From the NCBI GenBank assembly GCA_964620755.1, contig CAZUHH010000008.1, positions 19,650-83,649 on the forward strand: a DNA stretch of 64,000 bases. The letters run 5' to 3'. Below are positions 10,437 through 21,590 of the stretch, one piece after another; within the stretch, counting starts at the first letter, position 1, and the number at the start of each line of letters is the position of its first letter. Below the pieces are notes generated by a model, which was given only the letters and a program-made list of their open reading frames with translations, was not told where the DNA came from and searched no databases. The stretch is from an uncultured Bacteroides sp. Its GTDB lineage: Bacteria; Bacteroidota; Bacteroidia; G022818785. Position numbers and translations under genes: made by a program.

Positions 10437-11300
10437 TTAAAATAAATGTTTTTCAGCATGATAAGATGATCTTACTAATGGTCCACTTTCTATGTATTTA
10501 AAGCCTTTAGATAATCCTATTTCTTTTAATTTTTTAAATTGATCAGGATGTATATATTTTATTACAGGATGATGATTTTTTGATGGTTGTAAATATTGTC
10601 CTATAGTCAATATTTTTACACCAATTTTTAACAAATCATCCATAGTATCAACAATTTCATTTTCTGTTTCCCCTAAACCTAACATAATACCACTCTTTGT
10701 TCTTACCCCAGATTTGCTAATACGATTTAAACAATCTAAGCTACGATCATATTTAGCCTGAATACGTATTTTTTTAGTTAATCTTTTTACTGTTTCAATA
10801 TTATGAGATACAATTTCAGGTTTTTCAGATAATACTAGATCTAAATTAGACCATATACCCTTAAAATCCGGCAATAAAGTTTCTAAAGTTACATTTTTAC
10901 ATATGTTACGTATAGTTTTTATAGTATTAACCCAAACGGATGAACCTCCATCTTTTAAATCATCTCTATTTACAGAAGTAATAACACAATGTTTTATATT
11001 CATTAATTTAATAGAAGTTGCTACTTTAAATGGTTCACTCCAATCTATAGCATATGGTCTACCTGTTTTAACAGCACAAAAAGAACATGATCTAGTGCAA
11101 ATATTACCTAATATCATAAATGTTGCAGTTCCTGCCCCCCAACATTCTCCCATGTTAGGACAATTGCCACTTTGACATATAGTATGAAGATTATGTTTTA
11201 CAACTAAGTTTCTTATTTCATTATAAGTTTTACCAATTGGCATTTTAACTCTTAACCAATCAGGTTTTTTAATTATATTATTGTTAGTATAATTTTTCAT
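10437..11300 (-). CDS. lipA: Lipoyl synthase
   Basis: 287 aa. Auxiliary cluster [12 protein letters not shown] and radical-SAM CTRSCSFC; C-terminal RSSY. Confidence 0.93.
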   Translation of the reverse strand: MKNYTNNNIIKKPDWLRVKMPIGKTYNEIRNLVVKHNLHTICQSGNCPNMGECWGAGTATFMILGNICTRSCSFCAVKTGRPYAIDWSEPFKVATSIKLMNIKHCVITSVNRDDLKDGGSSVWVNTIKTIRNICKNVTLETLLPDFKGIWSNLDLVLSEKPEIVSHNIETVKRLTKKIRIQAKYDRSLDCLNRISKSGVRTKSGIMLGLGETENEIVDTMDDLLKIGVKILTIGQYLQPSKNHHPVIKYIHPDQFKKLKEIGLSKGFKYIESGPLVRSSYHAEKHLF

Positions 11301-11306
11301 AACAAA

Positions 11307-12242
11307 TTAATCTACATATTGATTAATATATTTTTCTGCATCAATGCCAGCAATACAACCAGATCCAGCAGCAGTTATAGCTTGTCTATATTTACTATCT
11401 TGTATATCACCACATGCAAATAAACCGTCTATTTTAGTTTTAGAACTATTATTATATGTTTTAATATATCCTTTATGATCTAATAATATTTCTTTATATT
11501 GAGATAATATTTCAGTGTTAGGTTTAAATCCTATAGCTATAAATATACCATTTAAAGCAATATTTATAAATTTATTATTTAAATTATTATATAATATTAC
11601 AGATGTTACTTTATTTTCATTACCTAAAATCTCATACACTGAATTATTATATAATATTTTAATATTTTTTAATAATGAAACTTTTTTTTGCATGTATTTA
11701 GAGGCCGACATATTTGACTTTCTTATTATCATATATATACTTTTACATATTTTTGATAAATAAATAGCCTCTTCACAAGCAGTATCTCCACCACCTATTA
11801 TTCCTACAATTTTATTTTTATAAAAAAAACCATCACATGTTGCACAAGTAGATACTCCTAATCCAAAATATTTTTTTTCTGATTCTATATTTAACATATT
11901 ATATTTAGAACCCATAGCTAATATAATAGACTCTGCATGAATATTTTTTTCGTTATCTAGTTTAACTAAAAAAGGTTTAGTATTTAAATTGATATTTACT
12001 GCTACATTATTCATAATATTAACATTAAAATTAATTGCTTGTTTTTTAAAATTAATTATTAAATCACTTCCATTTATACCTTTTGGATAACCTGGATAAT
12101 TTTCAACAATAGTTGTGGTAGTTAATTGACCTCCTGGTTGATAGCCTGTTAAAAGTATAGGGTTTAAAAATGCTCTAGCAGTATATATAGAAGCAGTATA
12201 TCCAGCAGGACCAGATCCTATAATTAAACATTTAGTATACAT
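11307..12242 (-). CDS. trxB: Thioredoxin-disulfide reductase
   Basis: FAD site GSGPAGYTA, redox CATCDG, NADPH site GGGDTACEEA. The internal ATG at 12242 (MYTKCLIIGSG) is preferred because it avoids overlap with mnmA. The track ORF extends to 12275. Confidence 0.9.
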   Translation of the reverse strand: MYTKCLIIGSGPAGYTASIYTARAFLNPILLTGYQPGGQLTTTTIVENYPGYPKGINGSDLIINFKKQAINFNVNIMNNVAVNINLNTKPFLVKLDNEKNIHAESIILAMGSKYNMLNIESEKKYFGLGVSTCATCDGFFYKNKIVGIIGGGDTACEEAIYLSKICKSIYMIIRKSNMSASKYMQKKVSLLKNIKILYNNSVYEILGNENKVTSVILYNNLNNKFINIALNGIFIAIGFKPNTEILSQYKEILLDHKGYIKTYNNSSKTKIDGLFACGDIQDSKYRQAITAAGSGCIAGIDAEKYINQYVD

Positions 12243-12249
12243 TATATTT

Positions 12250-13329
12250 CTAATTAGTAATAAATCCTCCTCCAATTACATCATCATTTTCATACATTAC
12301 AGCAGATTGGCCCGGAGTTAAAGCATATATATCATTATTAAATTTTATATTTATAATATCATTACTTACAAGATTAATTGTACTTTCGCTTCCTATATCA
12401 CCATACCTTATTTTAGTTATAGCCTTTATAGGATTTACAATATTATGATATTTAATAATATTAAATTTTATTATATTGCATTCACGTTGTTTTAAATCAT
12501 TTTTTGATCCTAAAATAATTTCATTAGTATCAGGTAATATTTTTATTACATACATAACGGATTGTAAATGCAATCCTAAATGTTTTCTTTGCCCTATAGT
12601 ATAAAAAGGATATCCTTCATGTTTGCCAATAATTTTTCCATTAATATCTATAAAATTACCAGATTTTATTTGTTTAGTACATTTTTTTTTTAAAAAATCC
12701 TTATAATTTCCATTAGGAATAAAACATAATTCATAACTTTCTTTTTTATTAGCAATATTATAATGTCCCATATTTCTTACCATATTTTTAATAATATGCT
12801 TTTCATATTGCCCCAAAGGAAATTTAGTTCTTTTTAAATTATCTTGTGTCATTCCCCATAAAAAATAAGATTGATCTTTATAAGAATCTAATCCTTTTGA
12901 TAAAATATATCTATTATTTTCTTTTCTAATATTAGCATAATGTCCTGTAGCTATATATTCACAATCTAAATTATTGGCTTTATTTAATAATAATCCCCAT
13001 TTAATATTTGTATTACATAAAACACATGGATTAGGTGTTTTACCACCTAAATATTCACTTATAAAATTACTAATTATATATTCTTTAAATTCGCTTTCAA
13101 TATTTACTACATAATGAATAAAACCATATTTAGATGCTAATAATCTTGCATCATTAATAGAATTAATATCACAACATCCTATTTTTTTCTTTCCACATGT
13201 ATTATTATAATCCCAAGTTTTCATAGTTATACCAACTACTTCATATCCTGTATTATGTAACATTATAGCTACTAAAGAACTATCAACTCCTCCACTCATA
13301 GCCACTAATATTCTACCATTTTTACTCAT
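12250..13329 (-). CDS. mnmA: tRNA 2-thiouridine(34) synthase
   Basis: 359 aa. PP-loop VAMSGGVDSS, conserved CVLCN and ATGHYA blocks. Confidence 0.92.
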   Translation of the reverse strand: MSKNGRILVAMSGGVDSSLVAIMLHNTGYEVVGITMKTWDYNNTCGKKKIGCCDINSINDARLLASKYGFIHYVVNIESEFKEYIISNFISEYLGGKTPNPCVLCNTNIKWGLLLNKANNLDCEYIATGHYANIRKENNRYILSKGLDSYKDQSYFLWGMTQDNLKRTKFPLGQYEKHIIKNMVRNMGHYNIANKKESYELCFIPNGNYKDFLKKKCTKQIKSGNFIDINGKIIGKHEGYPFYTIGQRKHLGLHLQSVMYVIKILPDTNEIILGSKNDLKQRECNIIKFNIIKYHNIVNPIKAITKIRYGDIGSESTINLVSNDIINIKFNNDIYALTPGQSAVMYENDDVIGGGFITN

Positions 13330-13341
13330 AAAAACATATTT

Positions 13342-14718
13342 CTATAAAGTAATAGAATCTTTATTTAGATAATTTTTTGATTCTTCTTCACAATTAAAAG
13401 ATTCATAATTAATTTTTTTTTCAATTCTATCTAATTTATTAATAATTACAGCTACCATTGCATCACCTGCTACATTAGCAACTGTTCTAAACATATCTAA
13501 TATTCTGTCTACAGCTAATACTATAGATATGCCTTCTGCTGGTATGCCTAAAGCATTTAACACAATCATTGTCATAACTATACTAGATCCAGGAGATCCT
13601 GTAGTACCTATTGATGCTATCCAAACCATAAATATAATAAGTAATTGTTGAGATAAACTTAAATTTATACCAAAAATTTGAGCTATAAAAACTATAGCTA
13701 TAACTTGATATAAACTAGTACCATCCATGTTAATTGTAGCTCCTAACGGTAATACAAATCTACTAATCTCCTTAGAAACATTTAATTTATTTTCACAACA
13801 TTCCATTACTATAGGTAAAGTAGCAATGCTTGAACTAGAAGAAAAAGCTAAAAGTTGTGCATCTCCTATGGCGCTATAAAAATTAATTACTGATATATTT
13901 CTATCTGTTATTTTCAAAAATAATGGATAAACTAATATCATAAGTAATAATAATCCCAAAATAATAGTTATACTATATATTCCAAGACCTTGTAATAATT
14001 TAATAGCATTTTCAATGCTATTGCCTGCTGATTCTACGATAATAGAACTTAATATAGAAAAAACACCTATAGGTGCAAAACTCATTATAATATGAATAAT
14101 TTTTAAAGATGATTCATTAATAGAATTGAAAATATCAATCAATATTTTAGATTCTTTTTTAGGCATCATGACAAGTGATATACCTAGAAATATAGTATAA
14201 AAAATCACTTGTAACATATTATTATTACTACTAAGAGCTTTAAATATATTATCAGGAACAATATTTTCAATAAAAGATAAAGGACTTCTATTGCTATTAT
14301 CAGATAATAATTTTGACAATTTTTGAGTTTCAAAATTACTACCAATAATATCATCCATCATTTCTAATGGAAAATAATTACCTGGCTTCATAAAATTTAC
14401 AAGTATCAAGCCAACTATTATAGCCGATAGAGTACTTATAAAATAAATTATTACAGTTTTAATTCCTATTTTAGATAATCTAGTAGCATTATTAACACTT
14501 GTAACCCCTATAATAATAGAAGCTATTACTAGTGGCATAGACATTAGTTTTAGTAAATTGAAAAAAATTGTCCCAAAAGGTTTAATCCAATCTATATTTA
14601 TTGATTTAAGATCATATTTTATTGATATCATACCCCATATAATACCTAATATCATTCCAAAAATTATTTTCCAATATAAAGCTATTTTTGTTTTTTTTCC
14701 ATATTTCATTGCTATCAT
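13342..14718 (-). CDS. Dicarboxylate/amino acid:cation symporter (DAACS/GltP family)
   Basis: Polytopic protein with family signatures AFSSSSSIATLP and ATINMDGTSLYQ. The track start at 14727 is TTG; ATG at 14718 or 14709 is more likely. Confidence 0.85.
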   Translation of the reverse strand: MIAMKYGKKTKIALYWKIIFGMILGIIWGMISIKYDLKSINIDWIKPFGTIFFNLLKLMSMPLVIASIIIGVTSVNNATRLSKIGIKTVIIYFISTLSAIIVGLILVNFMKPGNYFPLEMMDDIIGSNFETQKLSKLLSDNSNRSPLSFIENIVPDNIFKALSSNNNMLQVIFYTIFLGISLVMMPKKESKILIDIFNSINESSLKIIHIIMSFAPIGVFSILSSIIVESAGNSIENAIKLLQGLGIYSITIILGLLLLMILVYPLFLKITDRNISVINFYSAIGDAQLLAFSSSSSIATLPIVMECCENKLNVSKEISRFVLPLGATINMDGTSLYQVIAIVFIAQIFGINLSLSQQLLIIFMVWIASIGTTGSPGSSIVMTMIVLNALGIPAEGISIVLAVDRILDMFRTVANVAGDAMVAVIINKLDRIEKKINYESFNCEEESKNYLNKDSITL

Positions 14719-15127
14719 ATTTTTCAATTTTAAAAATTAATTATAGAAAACATATTTTTTTAAAAAATTCAGTTTATAATAATTAAAAAGTTCAGCATAT
14801 ATTAATCGTAAAAAACATGCGATTTTAATTATTCTTTTTATATATAAAAATATTAATACTATTATAGTACCAAAAAAATTGCTAAATACCATATTTTTAT
14901 TTTATAAAACTATGACATTTTTTTATTTTTCATATTAATATTTAATATGAAAAATCTTCAATATATAAAACAAATTACTAGAATTTTAAAAATCATAACT
15001 GTTATGATTAACATCATTGTATAATTACTATCTGTTAAACAATATTTTACATCAACACATTGTCACATATAGAAATTTTAATGAACAAGTAGTATAAATA
15101 TACTAAAAAAATATAAATATCAAATTT

Positions 15128-16459
15128 TTACTGAATATTTAAAAAAAATGTCTTATATATATCGTTTATAAATGAAAATATAGTTATTAATAACAATAAA
15201 ATCATTCCTACAATTTGTGCGTTACGCATAAAAAGCAAATTAATATTTTTCCTTGTAATAATTTCTACTAATAAAAAAAAAGCATGACCACCATCTAAAG
15301 CTGGTATGGGTAAAATATTTATAACAGATAACATAATAGATAATAAGCCTAATAATGATAGGAATTTGTATGTTATATATGTATTACCAAACTGTTGAGC
15401 AATACCTAAAGGGCCAGACAATGTTTTTGATATATTTAATTCTCCAAATAAAATCTTTAATAATGATTTAATTTGTATTTTAATAATACTATATAACTTC
15501 TTAAAACTTATTTTAAATGATTCATATAGATTATATTTTTCATGAACATATGTTATATCAATATTTTTAACTAAAAAACCTAGTTTATAATCATCATTTA
15601 AAATAAGTTTTTTATTTAAAAGAGTTCCATTTCTATTGATAGTAAAATTAATATCTTTATTTTTTATTTTTTGTAGTTCATTTTGGAATTCATCAAAAAA
15701 GTTAATTTTAACATTATTAACAGCAACAATATAATCATCAGGATATATACCTGCTAAATAAGCAGGTGTATTTTCAATTACATTATCAATTTTAAATTTA
15801 AATCTAGGTTGTATAAAATTATCTATACCATCTTCTAAAATATTATTAAAAAAATTATCAGGAATTTTTATACTAATTTCTTTATTATTTCTGAGAATTG
15901 TAAAATATGATTCTTTAAGAAAGATATCTGCATTTATTAAATCTTCATATTTATTAATTCGTTCCTCATTAACTTTTGTAATAATATCTCCATCACAAAA
16001 TCCTGCTTTTTTACCTAATGTAAGAGATTTTATTCCATTATTCATAAAACTATTTACTGGTATATAATTATATCCTTCGTAATAAGTTAGTATCCAAAAA
16101 ATTAATAATCCAAATAATAAATTAAAAAAAACGCCAGATAAAATAACGATTAATCTTTGCCATCTAGGTTTAGCATTATAATTATGTGTATCAATTGAAA
16201 CATTAGGACTTAATGATTCATCTATCATACCAGCTATTTTCACATAGCCTCCAAAAGGCAACCATCCTAATTTATATTCAGTGTTATTATATTGATATTT
16301 AAATAAATACCATCCAAAAATATCAAAAAAAATAACAAATTTATCAACTTTCATTCCAAATATTTTTGCTGATATATAGTGACCAAGTTCATGGATAAAA
16401 ATTAATACAGACAAAGCAAGACACATTTGCAATGTCATAATAGCAATATTATAAATCAT
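15128..16459 (-). CDS. rseP: RIP metalloprotease RseP (site-2 protease, M50 family)
   Basis: 443 aa. HELGHY zinc motif in the first TM helix, a central PDZ-like region, and C-terminal NILPIPALDGGH. Confidence 0.9.
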   Translation of the reverse strand: MIYNIAIMTLQMCLALSVLIFIHELGHYISAKIFGMKVDKFVIFFDIFGWYLFKYQYNNTEYKLGWLPFGGYVKIAGMIDESLSPNVSIDTHNYNAKPRWQRLIVILSGVFFNLLFGLLIFWILTYYEGYNYIPVNSFMNNGIKSLTLGKKAGFCDGDIITKVNEERINKYEDLINADIFLKESYFTILRNNKEISIKIPDNFFNNILEDGIDNFIQPRFKFKIDNVIENTPAYLAGIYPDDYIVAVNNVKINFFDEFQNELQKIKNKDINFTINRNGTLLNKKLILNDDYKLGFLVKNIDITYVHEKYNLYESFKISFKKLYSIIKIQIKSLLKILFGELNISKTLSGPLGIAQQFGNTYITYKFLSLLGLLSIMLSVINILPIPALDGGHAFFLLVEIITRKNINLLFMRNAQIVGMILLLLITIFSFINDIYKTFFLNIQ

Positions 16460-16704
16460 AAAATAAATATATAATTTTTATTAAAATACAAATATTAATA
16501 CTTTAAATAATCAGTGCATTGCGATTACTGATTATAATATGTTTTAATGTAATAAAATTTATTATAAAATACTTTATAAAATATCATTTATTATTTTTTA
16601 TATTTGAAAAGCACATTATGATGATAAAACTTTATTTTACAATCAGATAAATAAATAGTTTTCATATTTAAAATTTTATAATAAAAATTTACAAAGCAAT
16701 ATTT

Positions 16705-17022
16705 ATGCATGCAATAATTAATATAAAAGGCAAACAATATAATGTTATGAAAAATGATTATATAATAGTCGACTATTTACATAATAATGAAAATGATCTA
16801 ATATGTATTGAAAATGTTTTATTATTCAATGATAATGATAAAACTATTATTGGAAAGCCGATAATTAAAAATATAAAAATACAAGCTAAAATTGTAAAAC
16901 ACTTTAAAGGTAAAAAAATCATTGTTTTTAAAAAAATTAGAAGAAAATCTTATCAAAAAATAAATGGACATAGATCTTTATTCACTAAGTTATTAATTGA
17001 AAATATAATAAATAATAATTAA
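16705..17022 (+). CDS. rplU: 50S ribosomal protein L21
   Basis: 105 aa. L21-type N-terminus (HAIINIKGKQY) and GHRS block. Immediately upstream of rpmA, the conserved pairing. Confidence 0.9.
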   Translation: MHAIINIKGKQYNVMKNDYIIVDYLHNNENDLICIENVLLFNDNDKTIIGKPIIKNIKIQAKIVKHFKGKKIIVFKKIRRKSYQKINGHRSLFTKLLIENIINNN

Positions 17023-17032
17023 ATAATATAAA

Positions 17033-17290
17033 ATGGCCCACAAGAAAGGTGTTAGTAGTTCTAAAAATGGAAGAGAATCACATAGTAAACGATTAGGTAT
17101 TAAAATATATAGCAATGCTTATGCAAAATCTGGAAATATTATAGTAAGACAAAGAGGAACAAAATATTATCCGGGTATTAATGTAGGCATTGGAAGAGAT
17201 CACACTTTATTTGCATTATGTGATGGAAATGTATATTTCACATATAAAAATAATAAAAAATGCTTTGTTAATGTAAAAAACAAGGATTAA
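17033..17290 (+). CDS. rpmA: 50S ribosomal protein L27
   Basis: 85 aa. [24 protein letters not shown] and [13 protein letters not shown]. Confidence 0.95.
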   Translation: MAHKKGVSSSKNGRESHSKRLGIKIYSNAYAKSGNIIVRQRGTKYYPGINVGIGRDHTLFALCDGNVYFTYKNNKKCFVNVKNKD

Positions 17291-17913
17291 TGTTTTCTAT
17301 TATGATATTTATTTCTGTTGCTTTTTAAGTTTGATTTTTCTTTAATAACAATATTATTCAGAACAATTATATCATCTAACACTAATACATTATTAGATAT
17401 TATTTTTAAATCATTTTTAACAATTTTATCACTAATATATTCTTTGTTACATGTAATATAAATTAATTTCATCCAATTGGCAACATGATATGCAAATGTT
17501 CGTCTTTTTGACTGATCAACCATATTTTTTCCTTTTTCAATTATTAATTCTATATTTTTGCCATATTTCTTATATTTTACATTATTTGATTTATATGGTT
17601 GTATCAATTTTTTTTTTATTTTAGTATCTTCATAATTTGATGATATTTTATAAGGTATTTCAATATTTAAAGAATAATTTGCTATAATTAACAAATGTGT
17701 CCATAATTTGCATTTTAATTCATATGTTTCTTTTAAATGAGGATTCATTTTACCCATTAAATTTATAATTGTATATGATAATTTATTACGTTTTTCTTTA
17801 GATTTGATACTAATAACATAATCTACCATATTTTGTATATTTCTACCATATTCAGCTAATTTAAGTAATTTTTTAGTAGTATTATATTCAAATAAACTTT
17901 TTATTTTTTGCAT
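17287..17913 (-). CDS. DUF4290-family protein (Bacteroidota-conserved, function unknown)
   Basis: 208 aa. The N-terminal block [23 protein letters not shown] matches my recollection of the DUF4290 signature (L.LPEYGRNIQ.MVD). Its stop overlaps the rpmA stop by 4 nt. Confidence 0.55.
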   Translation of the reverse strand: MQKIKSLFEYNTTKKLLKLAEYGRNIQNMVDYVISIKSKEKRNKLSYTIINLMGKMNPHLKETYELKCKLWTHLLIIANYSLNIEIPYKISSNYEDTKIKKKLIQPYKSNNVKYKKYGKNIELIIEKGKNMVDQSKRRTFAYHVANWMKLIYITCNKEYISDKIVKNDLKIISNNVLVLDDIIVLNNIVIKEKSNLKSNRNKYHNRKH

Positions 17914-18299
17914 ATAATTGTTTTTTTATATAAATAAAAATTTGTTGGATTTAATAGAAAATAATTTATAGCTATATATAGCAGTTAAATATTAAAATAT
18001 ATGTAACGTATAAAAACATTCTTTTTTATAAATCATATTGATTATTCATTAATATTTCCAATATTATATACTATAACAACATAACTATCCATTTTAAACA
18101 TATTTAAATCATATGAAAATTTTACAAAAAAAGAAATAATACTGAGTTTTTGATATAATATCATATTATATAACACAAACCAATATAATATTTTATATAA
18201 TAAGAAATGCTAAAATTATTTTTTATTTTAATAAATATAATAAAATAAAATTAAATATTTAATTTTATTAAAACATTTAAAACAATTTATTATAATCAT

Positions 18300-18647
18300 A
18301 TGAATTATTATATACCCATTTTATTACAAATTTTCATAGCTTCTATTTTTTCTATAACAGTTATTGCTACAACTCATTTTATAGGACCTAAAAGATTAAA
18401 CGTAGAAAAAATGGCTTCATTTGAATCTGGCATTCCCTCTAAAGGAAATGCCAGATTTCCTATTGCAATTAGATATTTTATGATTGCTATATTTTTTGTT
18501 ATTTTTGATGTAGAAATAATATTCTTATATCCTTGGGCTGTGAATTTTAAAAGCTTAGGCACAGAAGGATTTATACAAATACTAATATTTATATCAGTTA
18601 TAGTTTTAGCTATATATTATATATTGAAAAAAAATGTTCTTTATTAA
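18300..18647 (+). CDS. nuoA: NADH-quinone oxidoreductase subunit A
   Basis: 115 aa, 3 TM helices, with FESGI and FDVEIIFLYPW blocks. First gene of the collinear nuo cluster. Confidence 0.9.
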   Translation: MNYYIPILLQIFIASIFSITVIATTHFIGPKRLNVEKMASFESGIPSKGNARFPIAIRYFMIAIFFVIFDVEIIFLYPWAVNFKSLGTEGFIQILIFISVIVLAIYYILKKNVLY

Positions 18648-18721
18648 GAAGAAAATTTTTTCTCTTTTAAAGAAAAATTATTGTTTATTTGTTTAAATTA
18701 AACTATTAATTTATTGATATT

Positions 18722-19270
18722 ATGAATACTAAATATAATAAAATGAAAAATGCCATTAAAGGTTATTATGGTACAGGATTTATGATGACTTTATTGAATA
18801 AATTAATTGGATATGCTAGATCTAATTCTATATGGCCACTACCTTTTGCAACTTCATGTTGTGGTATTGAGTTTATGGCTACTTTAGGATCTCATTATGA
18901 TATAGCTCGTTTCGGCTCAGAAAGACCAAGTTTTTCACCTAGACAAGCTGATTTATTAATGGTTATGGGTACAATAGCAAAAAAAATGACTCCTATATTA
19001 AGAGATGTATATATACAAATGGCTGAACCAAGATGGGTAATTGCTGTTGGAGCTTGTGCTGCTAGTGGGGGTATATTTGATACTTATAGTGTTTTACAAG
19101 GTATTGATAAAGTAATACCAGTTGATGTTTATGTTCCAGGTTGCCCTCCAAGGCCAGAAGGTATTATTCAAGGAATAATGCAAATTCAAAACATCATAAA
19201 AAATGAATCTTTAAGACATAGGAGCTCTGAAAAATATCAAAAAATTTTATCTCAATATGGCATATTATAA
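18722..19270 (+). CDS. nuoB: NADH-quinone oxidoreductase subunit B
   Basis: N2-cluster cysteines in [17 protein letters not shown] and VPGCPPRPE. Confidence 0.95.
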   Translation: MNTKYNKMKNAIKGYYGTGFMMTLLNKLIGYARSNSIWPLPFATSCCGIEFMATLGSHYDIARFGSERPSFSPRQADLLMVMGTIAKKMTPILRDVYIQMAEPRWVIAVGACAASGGIFDTYSVLQGIDKVIPVDVYVPGCPPRPEGIIQGIMQIQNIIKNESLRHRSSEKYQKILSQYGIL

Positions 19271-19284
19271 AAATTTAATATATC

Positions 19285-19782
19285 ATGTTACATAATGACT
19301 ATATTCTTAATATATTAAATGAACATTTTTCTAATTATATATACGATATAACATTTCCACATAAATTATTAACAATATCATTAAAAAAAGAAATCATAAA
19401 AGATTGTATTTTTTTTTTAAAAACAAATAAAAAATTAAAATTTAATTTTTTAACAGATATTACAGGAATTCACTATCCAGATCAAAAATATAGTTTAGTT
19501 GTTGTATATCATTTACATAGTTTTATTAATAATAATAGAATAAGAATTAAATGTTTTTTATCTGAAAAAAATCCAATTATTAATAGTATTACTTCTATAT
19601 TTAGAAGTGCTAATTGGATGGAACGAGAAACTTATGATTTTTTTGGTATTATTTTTGATAAACATCCTGATTTAAGACGTATTTTGAATGTAGATGATAT
19701 GGTAGCATTTCCTATGAAAAAAAATTTTCCTTTAGAAGATCCTAATAGGAATGATAAAAATGATTCCTTTTTTGGTAGATAA
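19285..19782 (+). CDS. nuoC: NADH-quinone oxidoreductase subunit C
   Basis: 165 aa. ANWMERETYDFFGIIF and HPDLRRIL blocks. Confidence 0.92.
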   Translation: MLHNDYILNILNEHFSNYIYDITFPHKLLTISLKKEIIKDCIFFLKTNKKLKFNFLTDITGIHYPDQKYSLVVVYHLHSFINNNRIRIKCFLSEKNPIINSITSIFRSANWMERETYDFFGIIFDKHPDLRRILNVDDMVAFPMKKNFPLEDPNRNDKNDSFFGR

Positions 19783-19802
19783 ATTATTATTTTTAATTTC
19801 AA

Positions 19803-21005
19803 ATGAAGAAAAAGAATTCAAATATCAAAAAATATAATATTAATACAATTAATTTGGGTCCTACGCATCCTGCTACGCATGGTGTTTTTCAAAATGTATT
19901 AAAAATTGATGGTGAAAAAATAATATCTTCAGAACCATCTATTGGTTATATACACAGAGCATTTGAAAAAATTGCAGAACATAGACCATTTTATCAAATT
20001 ACACCTTTAACTGATAGACTTAATTATTGTTCTGCTCCTATTAATAATATTGGTTGGTATATTACATTAGAAAAAATATTAAATATTAAAATACCAAAAC
20101 GTGTTGATTATATGAGAATTGTTATTATGGAATTATCTCGTATAGCGGATCACCTAATTTGCAATGGCATATTAGGCGTGGATAGTGGATCATATTCAGG
20201 TTTTTTATATCTGTTTCAAGAAAGAGAAAATATATATGACATTTTTGAAGAAATTTGTGGAGCCAGATTAACCACTAATATATGTCGAATAGGAGGTTTT
20301 GAAAGAAATTTTAGCAATGTAGCTATTAATAAAATACTTAATTTCATTAATAAATTTCCTACAACAATGAATGAATTTGAATCTCTACTTGTGCGTAATA
20401 AAATATTTATGGATAGATGTATTGGAATTAGCAAAATTACTCCTAATAAAGCTTTAAATTATGGATGGACAGGTCCTATATTACGTGCAACTGGAATTGA
20501 TTATGATATCAGAATAGCAAATCCTTATTCATCTTATGATGATTTTGAATTTGATATACCTACTGGTGTAAATGGTGATGTGTATGATAGATTTATGATT
20601 AGGAATGCAGAGATATGGGAAAGTTTAAAGATAATCAAACAAGCAATTAATAAAATATTAAAATTAAATTCTAATATTTATCATGCTGATGTACCTGAAT
20701 ATTATTTACCTAATAAAAATATGGTGTATAATAATATGGAAGCATTAATATATCATTTCAAAATTGTAATGGGTGAAATTAATATACCATCTACAGAAAT
20801 ATATAATGCTATTGAAGGAGCCAATGGTGAATTAGGATTTTATCTAATAACTAATGGGGGAAGAACTCCATATAGATTACATTTTCGTAGACCTAGTTTT
20901 ATACATTATCAATCTTATCCTGATATTATAGTAGGAAGTTCACTTTCAGATGCAATATTAACAATGAGTAGTATGAATATCATAGCAGGAGAATTAGATG
21001 CATAA
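19803..21005 (+). CDS. nuoD: NADH-quinone oxidoreductase subunit D
   Basis: 400 aa. LGPTHPATHGV, IGYIHRAFEK, C-terminal GELD. Confidence 0.95.
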   Translation: MKKKNSNIKKYNINTINLGPTHPATHGVFQNVLKIDGEKIISSEPSIGYIHRAFEKIAEHRPFYQITPLTDRLNYCSAPINNIGWYITLEKILNIKIPKRVDYMRIVIMELSRIADHLICNGILGVDSGSYSGFLYLFQERENIYDIFEEICGARLTTNICRIGGFERNFSNVAINKILNFINKFPTTMNEFESLLVRNKIFMDRCIGISKITPNKALNYGWTGPILRATGIDYDIRIANPYSSYDDFEFDIPTGVNGDVYDRFMIRNAEIWESLKIIKQAINKILKLNSNIYHADVPEYYLPNKNMVYNNMEALIYHFKIVMGEINIPSTEIYNAIEGANGELGFYLITNGGRTPYRLHFRRPSFIHYQSYPDIIVGSSLSDAILTMSSMNIIAGELDA

Positions 21006-21025
21006 CAATTTAATAAATATTTTTT

Positions 21026-21556
21026 ATGTTAAAAAAAAATGAAAATTATAATGTTGTCTTAACAAGAGATCAATTAAACTGTCTTAAAAATATTATATCA
21101 AATTATCCAAGACAATATCGTAAATCTGCATTAATACCTATTTTACATCAATTACAGTCATACTGTAATAATTGGCTTAGTGTATCAACTATGAATTATG
21201 CAGCTAAATTGCTAGATATTTCATATATAGAAGTATATGAAGTAGCTAGTTTTTATACAATGTTTAATTTTAAACCAGTTGGCAAACACGTTATTGAAAT
21301 TTGTCATACTGCTCCATGTTGTCTTATAGGGGCTATAAAAATTAAAAATCATTTAAAAAAGATATTAAATATAAAGATTGGTGAAACTACTATAGATGGG
21401 TTTTTTACTCTAAAAAAGGTTGAATGTTTAGCTGCTTGTGGTTTTGGCCCTATAATTCAAATAGGATCTAAATATTATGAAAAATTAAATATAAAAAAAG
21501 TAGAAGCAATATTAAATGAATTAAAAAAAGATTATAAAAGATCAACTTATTGCTAA
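21026..21556 (+). CDS. nuoE: NADH-quinone oxidoreductase subunit E
   Basis: 176 aa. 2Fe-2S cysteines in ICHTAPCC and VECLAACGFGP. Confidence 0.92.
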   Translation: MLKKNENYNVVLTRDQLNCLKNIISNYPRQYRKSALIPILHQLQSYCNNWLSVSTMNYAAKLLDISYIEVYEVASFYTMFNFKPVGKHVIEICHTAPCCLIGAIKIKNHLKKILNIKIGETTIDGFFTLKKVECLAACGFGPIIQIGSKYYEKLNIKKVEAILNELKKDYKRSTYC

Positions 21557-21590
21557 GTATTGATTTTTTATAACAAATTGATATGTAAAT

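Noticed and set aside
14927-14953. Perfect 12-bp inverted repeat TTTTCATATTAA-TAT-TTAATATGAAAA.
   Set aside because: It is composed only of A/T. At this base composition a handful of such palindromes are expected by chance in 64 kb. No flanking U-run fits an intrinsic terminator on either strand.
14719-15127. 409-nt spacer between rseP and the DAACS transporter gene, examined as a possible hidden RNA gene (tmRNA, RNase P RNA, SRP RNA) or eroded pseudogene.
   Set aside because: There is no tRNA-like acceptor/T-arm (GGTTCGA-type) element, no RNase P or SRP conserved-block sequence, and no ORF in the six-frame track apart from the tail of 14558-14740, a shadow ORF that overlaps the transporter gene. 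I cannot exclude a highly degenerate RNA without covariance-model scans.
17914-18299. 386-nt divergent spacer upstream of nuoA, including the palindrome GCTATATATAGC at 17971-17982, examined for RNA genes or gene remnants.
   Set aside because: No structured or conserved-looking element was found beyond the short palindrome, which is compatible with chance. This is a plausible promoter region for the nuo operon, but I cannot pinpoint it.
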